Below, in pieces: positions 38,986 to 50,676 of a stretch of 64,000 nucleotides of DNA (position 1 is its first letter; each line of letters starts with the position of its first letter). The notes below the pieces were generated by a model, which ran no database searches, had not been told where the DNA came from, and saw nothing but the letters and a program-made list of their open reading frames with translations. Source of the DNA: Mytilus trossulus (taxonomy: Eukaryota); NCBI RefSeq assembly GCF_036588685.1, contig NC_086376.1, positions 79,959,630-80,023,629 on the forward strand, given 5' to 3'. The translations under genes were made by a program, and so were the position numbers.

Positions 38986-41900
38986 TCACATAACATTACA
39001 TCCACGTCCTTTACGACTGCTTTTTCGATGTTTGCTTACGTAGTTGCCACTGATTGGCGAATGTTTGTCTCCTGCTGACGAAGACGGAGAAGGGGTTAAA
39101 CCAGGGATATATATATATGTCGACGTTTGCTCTGGAAAGATACATACAAGTGAAGTTAGATTATATTTCTAGATTAATAAATGGTGGTTATGTAAAAATT
39201 GACCTGTATTCAAAATTTCAGATAAAACGATTTGTTTTGCAAACTTAAACACTATAGTATAAACTTTCATGTGTGTTAATTATTTTGATATAAGTGAATA
39301 CTGCAACCTTTCTGGAAAATCTAAAACTGATAAATAAACGCTTGCTGTCATTGATATGATGAGAGAACACTTTTTAATTAGATGTTTTAATTGAAAAAAA
39401 ACATGCTTACTTTGTGTTGGATTGTTGTATTGTTTCCATTTGTCAGTTTCAGAGTTGTAAATATACTGTGGTATAATCGTATGGTCCTGTTCAAAGTTCC
39501 ACCAACTAAAGTTGAACTTTTTCTATAAAATAAATAAGAAAAGGTCAAAAATACTTAACGGAGCGGTACATTACAGACTCTTTCAAACGTAGTACTCTCA
39601 CATCTTTCTTACAATTCTGTCAACAAGTATTGATTCTTTTATTTTGCAAAAACAATCCAAACTGACAGTCACACAAAACTTCAAAACCCATAAAAATATG
39701 TTTGTATGACAACGTAAGGAAAGCTATGCAGTTACCGCCAGTTATTGTGTTAACACTTTTACTGTGTTTGTCTCACACAAAATAGAAGTAAATATTCTAC
39801 TATTATGTTTAAGACAAATTTTCAAAAATTCAACCTGTAATGAATGCTCAGTTGTTAAATGGACAGATGGTTCATTTCTGATTCCAGGTTTTATTTTATA
39901 TCACAGTCCTCTCTCCTATCTGTTTTCCCCTATTTTCTCTTCCCTCGTCCTACTTTCTTTCGGCAATCTTTTATTACCCTGTCCGTCCCTCATTTGAAAA
40001 AAAAAAAAATTTACCAAATAACTGGGCGTGTCCTCCACTTTACTTTCTTCTGATGGTTTCGTATTTTCCAGTTGTTTCATGAGAACTTCGGTTTCTTCTG
40101 TTAGTTTACCTTCTTGTTTTAATTCTTCAGTGAATGCCTCTAACTGTTCCTGGTTCGACTCCTTGTAACACACTGTAATATAAACACAACCAATAATCAA
40201 TAGAGTATTCCAACATTCCTCATTCATTCCATATTCTTGGGGAGGGGAAGAGAAAGATGGATTTTTCCGGATTGTATTTTCTTCTGTTGCAATGCATGCT
40301 TACTATTCCCTGCATTTTGTGATGCAAAATATTCATTCACATCCTGTTTCTGCAAGGTTATTTATATTCAGAATTAAATATGTTTTTTTTTAATCACAAT
40401 CCCTCTCCAGAAATCAATTGGTCGTTTCTGTTTCTTCATTTTTAACTTCACTGTGTACTTTTTGTTCCTTTTTCTGCAAGACTTTACCTTAATGTCGTAA
40501 CCCCTTTATATAATTTCGCTTCGTTAAATTGAAAACTCATTTGACTAGATATTATAGATGATTTCATCTTTATTCTGATAACTGATTGTTATATAAAATT
40601 GAGAATGGAAATGGGGAATGTGTCAAAGAGACAACAACCCGACCATAGAACAGACAACAGCAGAAGGTCACCAACAGGTCTGCAATGCAGCGAAAAATTC
40701 CCGAACCCGGAGGCGTCCTTCAGCTGGCCTTCCTGATATCAGAGTTCTCGAGTATTGTGGTCATATTTGCCTGTTACATTAACGAATAAATACCCGGACA
40801 ACAAATAGGGGTTGAGATTCTTACTAACGTCATCTCCCATACAATAATATCAAGATCAGTACAACATGATGAGATAAGGACAATGACAAGCAAAATCATA
40901 TACAACAATGATGGACATGTAAAAACACAAATAATTTAGCTAATAAATTCATTTGCGAACTTGTTTTTATGAATAAATTATCACAATTTATATAAAAACC
41001 ACAGCCAGACCATAGCCACGTTCAACGCAATAGCCCCATTCAATATATGCTCCCAGTAATGGCATGCATGCGCATGTTTAAATTTCACCCTAAAAGTATT
41101 CATACTAACAGAAAATAACATTGCAATGTATAATCATTTTAATGGTACGTACCTCCAAGAAACATTTCTGTAATTAAACTGAAGTTAGCTAATCTAAGAA
41201 GGCATCCGCCAGTACGGTCTGCTAACTCTTCATAAAACTTCTTGGCGTTTCCTTCTCCACTATTGCAAAATACACCATAAACCTAAAGAGATATGCATAA
41301 CACGTATTTTTAACGAAGAACTTTATTATTTCTGCTTATTTCGGTTGCTTTATCATAATTTTACCCAAAAGGACAAGCTTACATGAGATTCTATTTCTAT
41401 ATTTTCTGGTTTCTTTAGTCTGTACATTTTAATTGGTAATTCATTTGGTCAATGTTTTAATCCTTTTTATTTCAGGAAATATTAAAATCAACTTCACATT
41501 TACTATGTTCATCTGGCCCAAGACCACTTTGACATTTTGCTATCACTTTACATCCTTATCCAAAACTCTAGAACGAATTAAAAATACTTATGAGTAAAGC
41601 AGAGTTTTGCCTTCAACACGGTATCTTGAAAACTATAATATATAAGCAGTACAATGGTAGTCAAGGTAAGACATATTAGTACAGCAATTTCAATATGATC
41701 TCTATAATACATCTACTGTAGGAGTTATCGGTATAAAATAGAAAACAGCAATTATAAGGAACTGAAACATGGGGTCTGGGTTTTTTTAATGAACCTTTTA
41801 TCCCCGATTTTCAAACAAATTTTCAGTAGACACATTATTATCTGTTGAGTGATTCACGCTCCTTGTGGTTTCTAGTTTATATATCCAGATGTAGTCCTAG

Positions 41901-44900
41901 TTTGTTCTGGTAATGATACTAATCTGCCAATTTTCATATCACCCAATCACGTTTCTCGCACCCTAAGTATATGGACAAGAGTATAGTATATAATTGGCAT
42001 ACCTTAACTCCCATCCCCTTTAAGACATCTAGTTCTGTGTGCCAGTTGATGTTCTGGTCTGTATAAGATGGTGGATGTGGTTCGCAATCTCCAATAACTA
42101 CCAAAGCTTTGGCGGAATCTTCTGACCAGTCCAGCTGTTGAGCTTTGTGTAATGCCCACTCATAACACTGCAATAGAAAATATTATGGAATTGACAATTC
42201 ATTCCATTAAAACTGTTATATATATATTTTTTCGGGGGTGATGACGTGTGTTGATAAGTATGGAATGTTCGTTGGATAGGTCATCATCTTTGGGTTTCTT
42301 TTAACTTTTTTACCATACAATTTAAAATTGAACTTGAATGATTGAAGACTTCATGCAAGGTTTTCTTGAAATCATAAAGAGCTATTACAGCCAGCTTAAA
42401 GCTTAAACAACACATATGTTGCAAGGACAAACTGTTCGTTGTGTTAAAAACTTGTTATTTAGACTTCTTTTTTCGAGGGTTGCCTCATCACCAATCGTAT
42501 CACATCATCGTATCAAAGTGTTAATTTTACGTCTTATTTTTCAAACGCTCAACGCGAGATAACTCATTTTTAAACCACATTACCTCGGGTGAATCGCCTC
42601 CACCTGTTGATGGGGTACTGGAAGCAAAGTCAACCAGCTGTTGAACGTCTGTTGTTAGGTCCTGAATCTTGATGACGTAGTTATCATAATCACAATAATC
42701 ACCGTGGGCCATAATTCCAATTTTTATATTTGGTATGTCTCTTAAAAGCCGTTGACATGTTTCTTTTAATTTTGTCCTCACCTACAACCCGGATATTTTA
42801 TGATTACTAGTAATATAACAAGCAGAGAGAAATAATCACAAAATTAAGAATTTATTTTAAGGAATTCTAACTGATTTTATTATAGACTGTTAAATTTACT
42901 TTTGTTATGGACATGCTAAATTTTGCACATTTATTTTGAAACATTTGAATATTTTAATTGCAATAGCTGGTGTTAACATTTTTACATTTTACTGCAACAA
43001 TATAGAAATATTATTCGAATGTAGAAATACCATTTTATAAACCAACATTATTTTTTTTATTTGTCAACCCCATCCACCCCTAAAAAAAACAACTTATCTG
43101 ATCACATAAACTAAAGCAGCCTTACTTACACTCCCAAGATATTGACTCATGCTGCCAGTTGTGTCAAAACAAAACACAACTTCTACATTCTTTCCATTTG
43201 TCTCGAAACTTGAGAGGACGGCATCTTTCAAATCATCATCTATAGCTTTGGGATCTGTATCTTGAGCTGGGTCTAATAAAATAAAAATTAAATCAATAGA
43301 ATAAAATGAAAACAGGAACTTTGCTTCAAAGGTTCAGGGTTGATTTGTAAAACTTGTTAAACTGTGGTTTAATAAGAACATACACCAAACACCAGAACGT
43401 TAGTGTCTTCGTTTTTCCCATATCAAAATTAGTAGTCATGCTGCAGTTTATACTCTTAGGTAAATGCACTGGACAGTTATTAATGTGAATTTTACTTTTG
43501 CCACATATGGTCTAGATCTGCAACGGGGTGAACTGGATAAATCCCAACACAGTTTGTGGTTGCTCTAAGTTTGGTCTTCTGAAATTAATTGCTAAATCGC
43601 CTTTTTTACTTTTGACATAATTTGATAATCAATCAAACATTTTCTGCACGATAGGTCTAGCTCCAAACAACTCGAGTCTTGAAAAAACTATTTGAGTTTA
43701 TAACGGTCAACCATTTCTTAGATATGTCCCCCCTTTTTAAACTTGACAAAGGCATAGTTTAAGGTAAATAGAAGAAGCGAAATATAATTGTTAAATACAT
43801 AACAACCCTGACAGGTACAAGAAAAACAATAATTTTAAAATAACGTCTCAAATAGTGGTCGCAGTTACTGATGACAAGCTCATAGTATTAGAAAAAAACC
43901 GTCATGTCGATGAGAAATTACATTGTCCAACACTTGAATATCAACGACTGTAGTAAAACACGATCCCCCTTATAAAATCACGCCCAAATTTTATTCTTGT
44001 TTCAAATAACCAATCTTCTAACCCTGATCACAAGTCTACTAACCATATAATTCGCAAGTCTATCAACGAGTGTGCTAAAATACCCCTCCTTATAAAAATC
44101 ACACACAAACACCAAGTGCATAACTCTCGGTAATGACCTCTCTAGATTCGCTAGAGTGTTGGGATCAGTGGCGGACCCAGGGGAGAGTTCCAGGGGTTGG
44201 AACCCCCTTTTTTTTGACAATCAATGCATTCCGCCCCAGGGGATTAACTCCAACAAAGAGTAACAAGAAATAACTCCTACCTGATTCTGTTCAATCGTCT
44301 GCTTTGTCACCGAATGTCACTTGTATAAAGAGTAACAAGAAATAATTCCTACCTGATTCTGTTCTATCTTCTGCTTTGTCACCGAAAGTCACTTCTATAA
44401 CACTTTCCTCTCTAATACTTGTTTCATATAGTGGTGTGTTACATGGACGATAAACAGTGCCTGAGATTTTGAAGGACTGAAGAAAATATTTATAAAATTT
44501 GAAACTTTATAGTAGATTTTAATGTACAACTTAATAAATTGCATGTTTTGATTAATGTATTGTTTAAAAAAAATTATCCAATAGTAATTCTATCAACGAT
44601 AAAGTCACTTCATGAAAAAGTCAATTCCATTTGATTATATCAATGAAATAAGTCCATTACAATTTTACTTATGCTTATATCAATAATATTTTTCATAATA
44701 CCAGGCTTATAATTTGATACGCCAGATGCGCGTTTCGTCTTCATAAGAATTATCAGTGACGTTCAGATCTTTTAATACTTGTAAAGCCATACAAATACAA
44801 AGTTGAACAGCACTGAGGACCTTACAATAAGATTTTGTTTATTTTAGGGGTTAATAAAAATAAATTATTTGTCATGTTGTAGACATTATAATTTTCTATT

Positions 44901-45896
44901 TTTCCTGTTAAACTTTCATTCTGTAAATGGAAATAAATTATTGTCGTGTGTACACGTACCTTCACTGTTTTAGGAGAAACAATCTCTAGTCGTTCAACCA
45001 CAGATTTAAAATCTTCTAATGTACTAATGTTCTGTATATCCACTGGCGCGGAACCTCCTCCAACTACTTTAGCATACACTTTGATATCTCTTGGAATTAC
45101 GAACTGTGGATGAAATATAACGCATATATATTTGAAGATAACTTAAGGTTAATGTTGAAATGCTATATTGAAAAACGATAAGTGGCAAGGCAAATTACTT
45201 GCATTTGTTCGCAGTGCCAAATATAAAAGTATATTTAAAAGTGTTAACTCAAAGCGGTATATATGGGCTTTGCTCATTGTTATAAGCCATATGATGTCAT
45301 TTGGTCTCTTGTTGCAATTATACCCCATCTTCTGGTTTTCTATTAAATCCGTTACCAACAATATGTTTGTAAAATTTTTCATCGAAGAATGTCTCTTACC
45401 AAAGGTTACAGCTTTACCTTCACCAAAACAATATCTTGTTCAGGATGTCTTTGTATATATGTATACATATTTTTGGGGGTAAAATTTGCTGTGCTTTCCT
45501 GAGCCATTAAATTAATGAATTAATTAAAATATCAATGAATTTTTAGGTATAAAAACACAAAAAATGTAAATCTGCAAAAGAAATTAAATGTAATACATCC
45601 CACAATTAAGTGTATTCCTGTGAGCATATCAAATATAAACAAAAAATAAAAAAAGAATTACATATATATACCTCTGCTTTCAGTATAGTTTCTGGACAAA
45701 TTCCGAGGAATCCGATTGTTTTAGATTTATCAAGAAATTTTCCTTGGTACTTCACTCTTACTCTCCCGGGGATAATTTCTTCTTCTTTTGCAATCTGTTC
45801 AATAATTCTTTTTACTTGTTCCGTGGGTAATAATTTCAAAACTGAAGTACGACCTGTCGGTAATTTCACATAAACATCAACTAAAGGAGTTGCCAT
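38986..45896 (-). CDS. Di-ubiquitin-like + VWA (MIDAS) + polybasic CaaX protein, copy 1 (514 aa)
   Basis: Exons 45672-45896, 44960-45103, 44353-44476, 43130-43272, 42584-42781, 42003-42167, 41153-41282, 40015-40172, 39411-39522, 38986-39131; 1545 nt, all GT-AG, phases consistent. Ubl1 VYVKLPTGRT...YQGKFLDKSKTIGFLGI; Ubl2 VYAKVVGG...PLYETSIREESVIEV; VWA VVFCFDTTGSM / GGGDSPE / LVVIGD; C-terminus KHRKSSRKGRGCNVM*. Confidence 0.9.
44257..44400 (-). repeat. 72-bp tandem duplication of the exon-3 end and donor site
   Basis: aagagtaacaagaaataa(c/t)tcctacctgattctgttc...gtcactt(g/c)tata occurs twice; donors at 44351-44352 and 44279-44280. Confidence 0.9.
44697..44822 (-). mobile_element. Truncated family B copy with a degenerate hammerhead (44718-44764)
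   Basis: Minus strand: AACGUCA CUGAUAA UUC-UUAUGAA-GAC GAAA CGCGC AUC UGGCGU (G8A change). Confidence 0.7.
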
Positions 45897-46477
45897 TTTC
45901 TCAGTGATATTTAACCGTGTACTAAGGAATTATAGTGTATAATATATATTAAACTGAATACTTTGTTATACTAACTTGTTTATATACTATAGCGACTGAA
46001 AGATTTATTCTATATTTATTGTCCAATGAAATATCTCATAATAAAATCTTAAAATATCCTGTTCTATTATTAGACGATACGGTGTACAAAAATCGATTTG
46101 TTAGCATACTATTTATATTGATATTTTAGAATTAATTTTAAAATGGTAGGAGAATCAGTTTTTGTAAATACAAGCAAGGGCGGCCAAGTCGGAAAAGTAA
46201 ACCCTCCGCATTTAATTAGTATCCCAAAAGGAATGAGGGCCCGGGGTTTCAAATCGCAAGCACCTGTAGGTTAAACAAAAGTAGATACTGTAATGATTGT
46301 TAAGACGACGAAGTCTTCGGGATATAAATAAAAATTTCTATAACTATATATTTTATTATATGTATTTATAAAACAAATACTTTAACACAGACAAAGCCAA
46401 AACACACACACACACACACAGGCAAAATAATAATAAAAAAAACCACCATTAATTTGTTCATAGTACACGCATCATCA

Positions 46478-46750
46478 TGCCCCATCCGCACTATAATTTT
46501 CTATGTTCAGTGGATTGTGAAAATTGAATTTTAACTCTAATTTGGTATTAAAACTAGAAAGGTCATACATGTATCATAGGGAACATGCATGTGTAATAAG
46601 TTTCAAGTTGATTGTAGATTGAACTACTACTTCATGTAACACTACCCTGACCAAAAACTTTAACCAAAAACTTAAACCCGAAGCTAGACAGACGGGCGAA
46701 CAAACGGACGAACGAACGGACGCACAGACCGAAAAACATAATGCACCTAT
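46478..46750 (-). mobile_element. Family E element
   Basis: Reverse complement of 59290-59562, including the gacg/gaac microsatellite. Confidence 0.6.
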
Positions 46751-47099
46751 AAAGCGGAACAAAAACATTTAGAGATACCACTACATCTATCTGCAACTGT
46801 AATGCTTGAAATATTGGTCGCTAACCAACAGCCGACACTATTTAGGATTCCGATCTTTAACACGAATCTATTCCGGTAACAACGCGCCGTATTTACAAGT
46901 AGACATAAATTAATGACAATAAACATTACCATGGTCGACCACTCGTCAATAATAAGATCCCGTCGTGGGGAAAATTAGACATATATATGTCTATTCAGAC
47001 GTGGACCTAGAATTATAAAAACAATGGGGAGACGGTTACCAACATGGCGCGCGTCTAACGCATATATTTACTTTATTTCATCCTGGTATCTGAGTTACA

Positions 47100-49360
47100 C
47101 GAACAAAAGACATTAAAAGAGCTAAGAGATGTCAATAGGAAAAGATTACAAACACTGAGGAGATTAGAGAACCTTAGAAAGAACAGAAGGAAAGGAGCAA
47201 GAAAGGGATCACAATTTACTTTGTAAAGAAACTTCTAGGAGATAAAAGATCACGCCGGTGAGATTGCCCAAAAAATAGGTTGAACAATATTTGGGAGATA
47301 CTCGTAGTGATCTAGACAGAGAACAAGAGCTTGGAGACCAACATAAACTGATAGGTCCAGATGAGCCAACAGTAGAGTTTGATATGCAAAAAACCCAAAC
47401 TCCATTAAGTGATGTAAAATTTAAAGAGCAGCATCATCAACTGGACCAAACGGTCCATACAGAGTTTATAAGAACTGTCCAAACCTCGCAAAACATCTAT
47501 GGAGTCTTATCAAAGTTATAGGAGAAGAAATCGGTATCCAGATGAATGGTTACTTGAAATCAGATGGTTGTTTTATTCAAAAGGAGGAAGATTCTAAAGA
47601 GCTGAATTAGTTTAGGACCATATAACTTCGCAACGTTGAGGGAAAGGTTTGTCTTGCAATCTTGCTTTTGCGAAGCAGGTTACAACAATTATGCTTGAGA
47701 TCAACTATATCGACATCTCAGTACAGAAAGGAGGAGTACCAGGGTACCTCGAACATACAAGCGTTTTAAGAAAGTTTACCCAGGAAGCCAAGGAAAACAA
47801 AGGTGATTTGGCTGTCCTGTGGTTAGACCTGGCAATTGCTTACAAAAGTATTCCACACAAGCTAGTTGACGTAACCTTGGAGTACTATCACATACCTTGA
47901 AAGATTAGAGAAATGCTTCAGTACTAGTTTAACAACTTTATAATATGTTTTACAGTGACAGACTACACAACAGCATGGCAAAGGCTAGAAGGGGGAATCG
48001 TTACAGCATGTACCATATCAGTAGTTTTATTCTCAGCAGCAATAAAAATGCTAGTAAAATCAGCAGAGAAGATGAAAAGAGGGCCTGTAATGTCATCTGG
48101 GATAAGTCAGCCACCAACAAGAGCATTCATGGATGACATGACAATAACAGCAAAGTGTATGCTGCAAGATCTATGTGAGCTTATAGGCTGGGCACGTATG
48201 AAGTTCAAGACATCAAAGTCAAGGAGTGTGATATTAAAGAAAGAAAAGGTGCAGGACAGAAAGATTAGGATTGGAGGAGACATCATTCCAAAAATCATGG
48301 AGAAACCGGTCAAAAGCTTGGGCAAGTGGTTTAGAGACTCCTTGAACCACATAGAAAGCGTAGATGGGTGGTATCTCAGGCAGGAAATAGGATGGACATT
48401 ATTGACAAGTCTGGTTACCCTGGAAAGTACAAGGTGTGGTGCTACCAGCATGGAATATTACCAAGGATAACTATTGGTGTACGAAATATCTCTAACCAAA
48501 GTTGAAAGAGAGGATGTTCAACAGTTACAGAAATGGCCTGGGGTTCCAAAGAGTTTTAGCAGCATTGGCTTGTACAGCACCAGTTCAAAACTTCAACTAC
48601 CACTGTCTTCTATCACAGAGGAGTTTAAAGTCACCAAAACCAGACAAGACAGTAAAGATGACAAGGTGAAAGAGGCAAATGTTGATGTCATGAAAGGATG
48701 AAAATGGGTGGCCAAGAGCGCTGTTGAAAATGTAGAGAGCCGATTAAGACAGAGAGACATAGTGGGAGTGGTGACTTCAGGGCCACTTGTGTTTGGCAAC
48801 ATTCAGCAACCATTATGGCAGTCAGTAGATGCAAGACTTAAAAGTGAAAACTTGTTCATCAAGAAGTTCTTCGTGGAGAGGCGGATAGTCATCAAAAGAC
48901 ACATACAGCAAAGCCAGTGGTATTCTAGCAACAGCAAATGACTGGGAGATGCAAGCCGACGTTGAGTGAAAGACCACCTTCCCAAACGAGATTCTAATAA
49001 CAACCCTCCGACCAAACATTGTGCTAACAGTGCCAATGGAAATAAGACTGGATGAAGCCCATGAGAGAAAGCTTGCCGAGTACCAGGAATTGGTAACAGA
49101 CATCCAAGAGAAGAATTGGATGACATGGTATTTTCCAGTGGAGGTAGGCTGTAGAGGCTTTGTTTCTCAAGCATTGTGGAGAGCCTTAGGACTAACTGGA
49201 CCAGTCAGAAGAAGCTTGGTTGGAAAAGTTGGGAAACATGCTCGTTCCTGGCTGAGTCTGATCAACTCAGTCGGCGCACCCCTGGAGATTGTCGTGGACA
49301 ACGCCGAAACAGTCGAGGAGAGGTGATCCACCTGATGATGGAACCTGTTAAGCAGTGAAA
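47100..49360 (+). mobile_element. Decayed non-LTR retrotransposon, RT plus restriction-like endonuclease (Hero/R2-group-like)
   Basis: Fragmented ORFs contain QKGGVPG.LEH, LWLDLA.AY.SIPH, GIVT.CTISVVLF and AFMDDMTI (RT), then TLRP.IV, LTVPME.RLDEAHERKL..Y..L and FPVEVGCRGF (RLE); many stops and frameshifts. Confidence 0.88.
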
Positions 49361-49399
49361 AACATGGTATTTAAGGTATTGAAAAGTGAAAAATACGCA

Positions 49400-50190
49400 A
49401 CATCAAAATATTGATGTTGTCGTTATCTACAGTGGTCACAATTTTCTTAAATTTGGGTCAAAGGTCATAGCTAGATTTTAATGGAAAACGCATACTAACG
49501 TTAGACAGCTGCACTGCCGCATATATTCCTTTATAAGAAACCAAATTCTAATATCGGTAATAGGATGCCCAATTCTCATTTCACTGTTAAATAACGAGGG
49601 CCCTCATGGGTTTTTTTGATTATGTGATTACTTGGCCGTTTTTTTAATGATTATTTGATTATTAAGCCAAATATTTCATGATTATTTGATTACCTAGGAC
49701 TGTATTTTTAGTTTATGATTATTTGATTACTAAAGATAAGCAAATATTTAATGATTATGTGATTATATTGGCAAAAAAATGGTGATTATGTGATTACTAG
49801 GACCCCCCCCCCCCCCCCCCCCCCCATGAGGGGCCTCAATAACAGTGATCTTGACCTGCTAGAATTTCCAATTCGGATGTTTTACCTAAGATTCGATGCA
49901 AGTGATTCCGAGGTGTTTTCAAGATATTTACATTTATAAGTTGCTCTCCCAAAATGTTATAATTCTGTCTTTTGATAGAACGTGTCCATAATGAGTTTTG
50001 GGGGTAAATATCCAATTTCTTTTGCTGAGTGTGGAAGCACATACAATTGTAGTTAGTTTCAAAACTGTTATAATATTAATGCAGAATGCACTGAATAAGC
50101 AGATCTATATTTTTGCTGTATAGAATTAAGAAAGACTGCAAACGGTGAAGAAGAGAAGGGTTTCTGTTAAAGTATATATATATGAAAACA
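49400..50190 (+). repeat. Direct repeat, first copy (second copy about 51395-51960)
   Basis: Both copies share cagtggtcacaattttct...gggtcaaaggtcatagct, taggatgcccaatt and ttttgctgagtgtggaagcacat. Confidence 0.8.
49596..49837. mobile_element. 242-bp MITE with 15-bp TIRs and a 6-bp TSD (AATAAC)
   Basis: aataac|gagggccctcatggg ... cccatgaggggcctc|aataac; internal gattatttgatta repeats and a C23 tract; absent from the paralogous site near 51663. Confidence 0.9.
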
Positions 50191-50515
50191 AAATGACAAT
50201 TAGACACAGGTCAATCTTACACACTTATATGCCTAGTTATTAAACATAAATTGGCCTACAATTTATATATATATATTTATCGGTCGTCCCTCTGTCTATA
50301 TCACTCTGTTCAGCTCTTTATATTATTCCGTATCATGTCTTTGTGACGACAAATACGTTGACCCGGCCTTAATAACTTTGACCCGGACTTATCAGCGACG
50401 TCATAATGTTTGAACCGACGTTAATAACTTTGACCTGAACTTATCAAGTCATCTTTTGTGTGCTGGCGAAACAAAGCAAACACTTCCGAAACACGCAAAT
50501 ATAGCCCGATAAATT

Positions 50516-50676
50516 GATTATCAGATTATTTGCATATTGATATTGTAAAATATCAGCTGCTTGGCATTATATGAAGGCTTTTTGATCTCGTTCGCTACGC
50601 TCACTCGACAAAAAGCTTCATATCATGTCTCGCAGCTGATATTTTACGATATCAACATGCAGATAACCTGATAATC
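50516..50676. repeat. 161-bp hairpin / palindromic element end
   Basis: gattatcagattatttgcatattgatattgtaaaatatcagctgc pairs with gcagctgatattttacgatatcaacatgcagataacctgataatc. Confidence 0.8.

Noticed and set aside
45610-45873. Plus-strand ORFs conserved at 45610 and 59991
   Set aside because: Antisense shadows of the near-identical Ubl exon 1.
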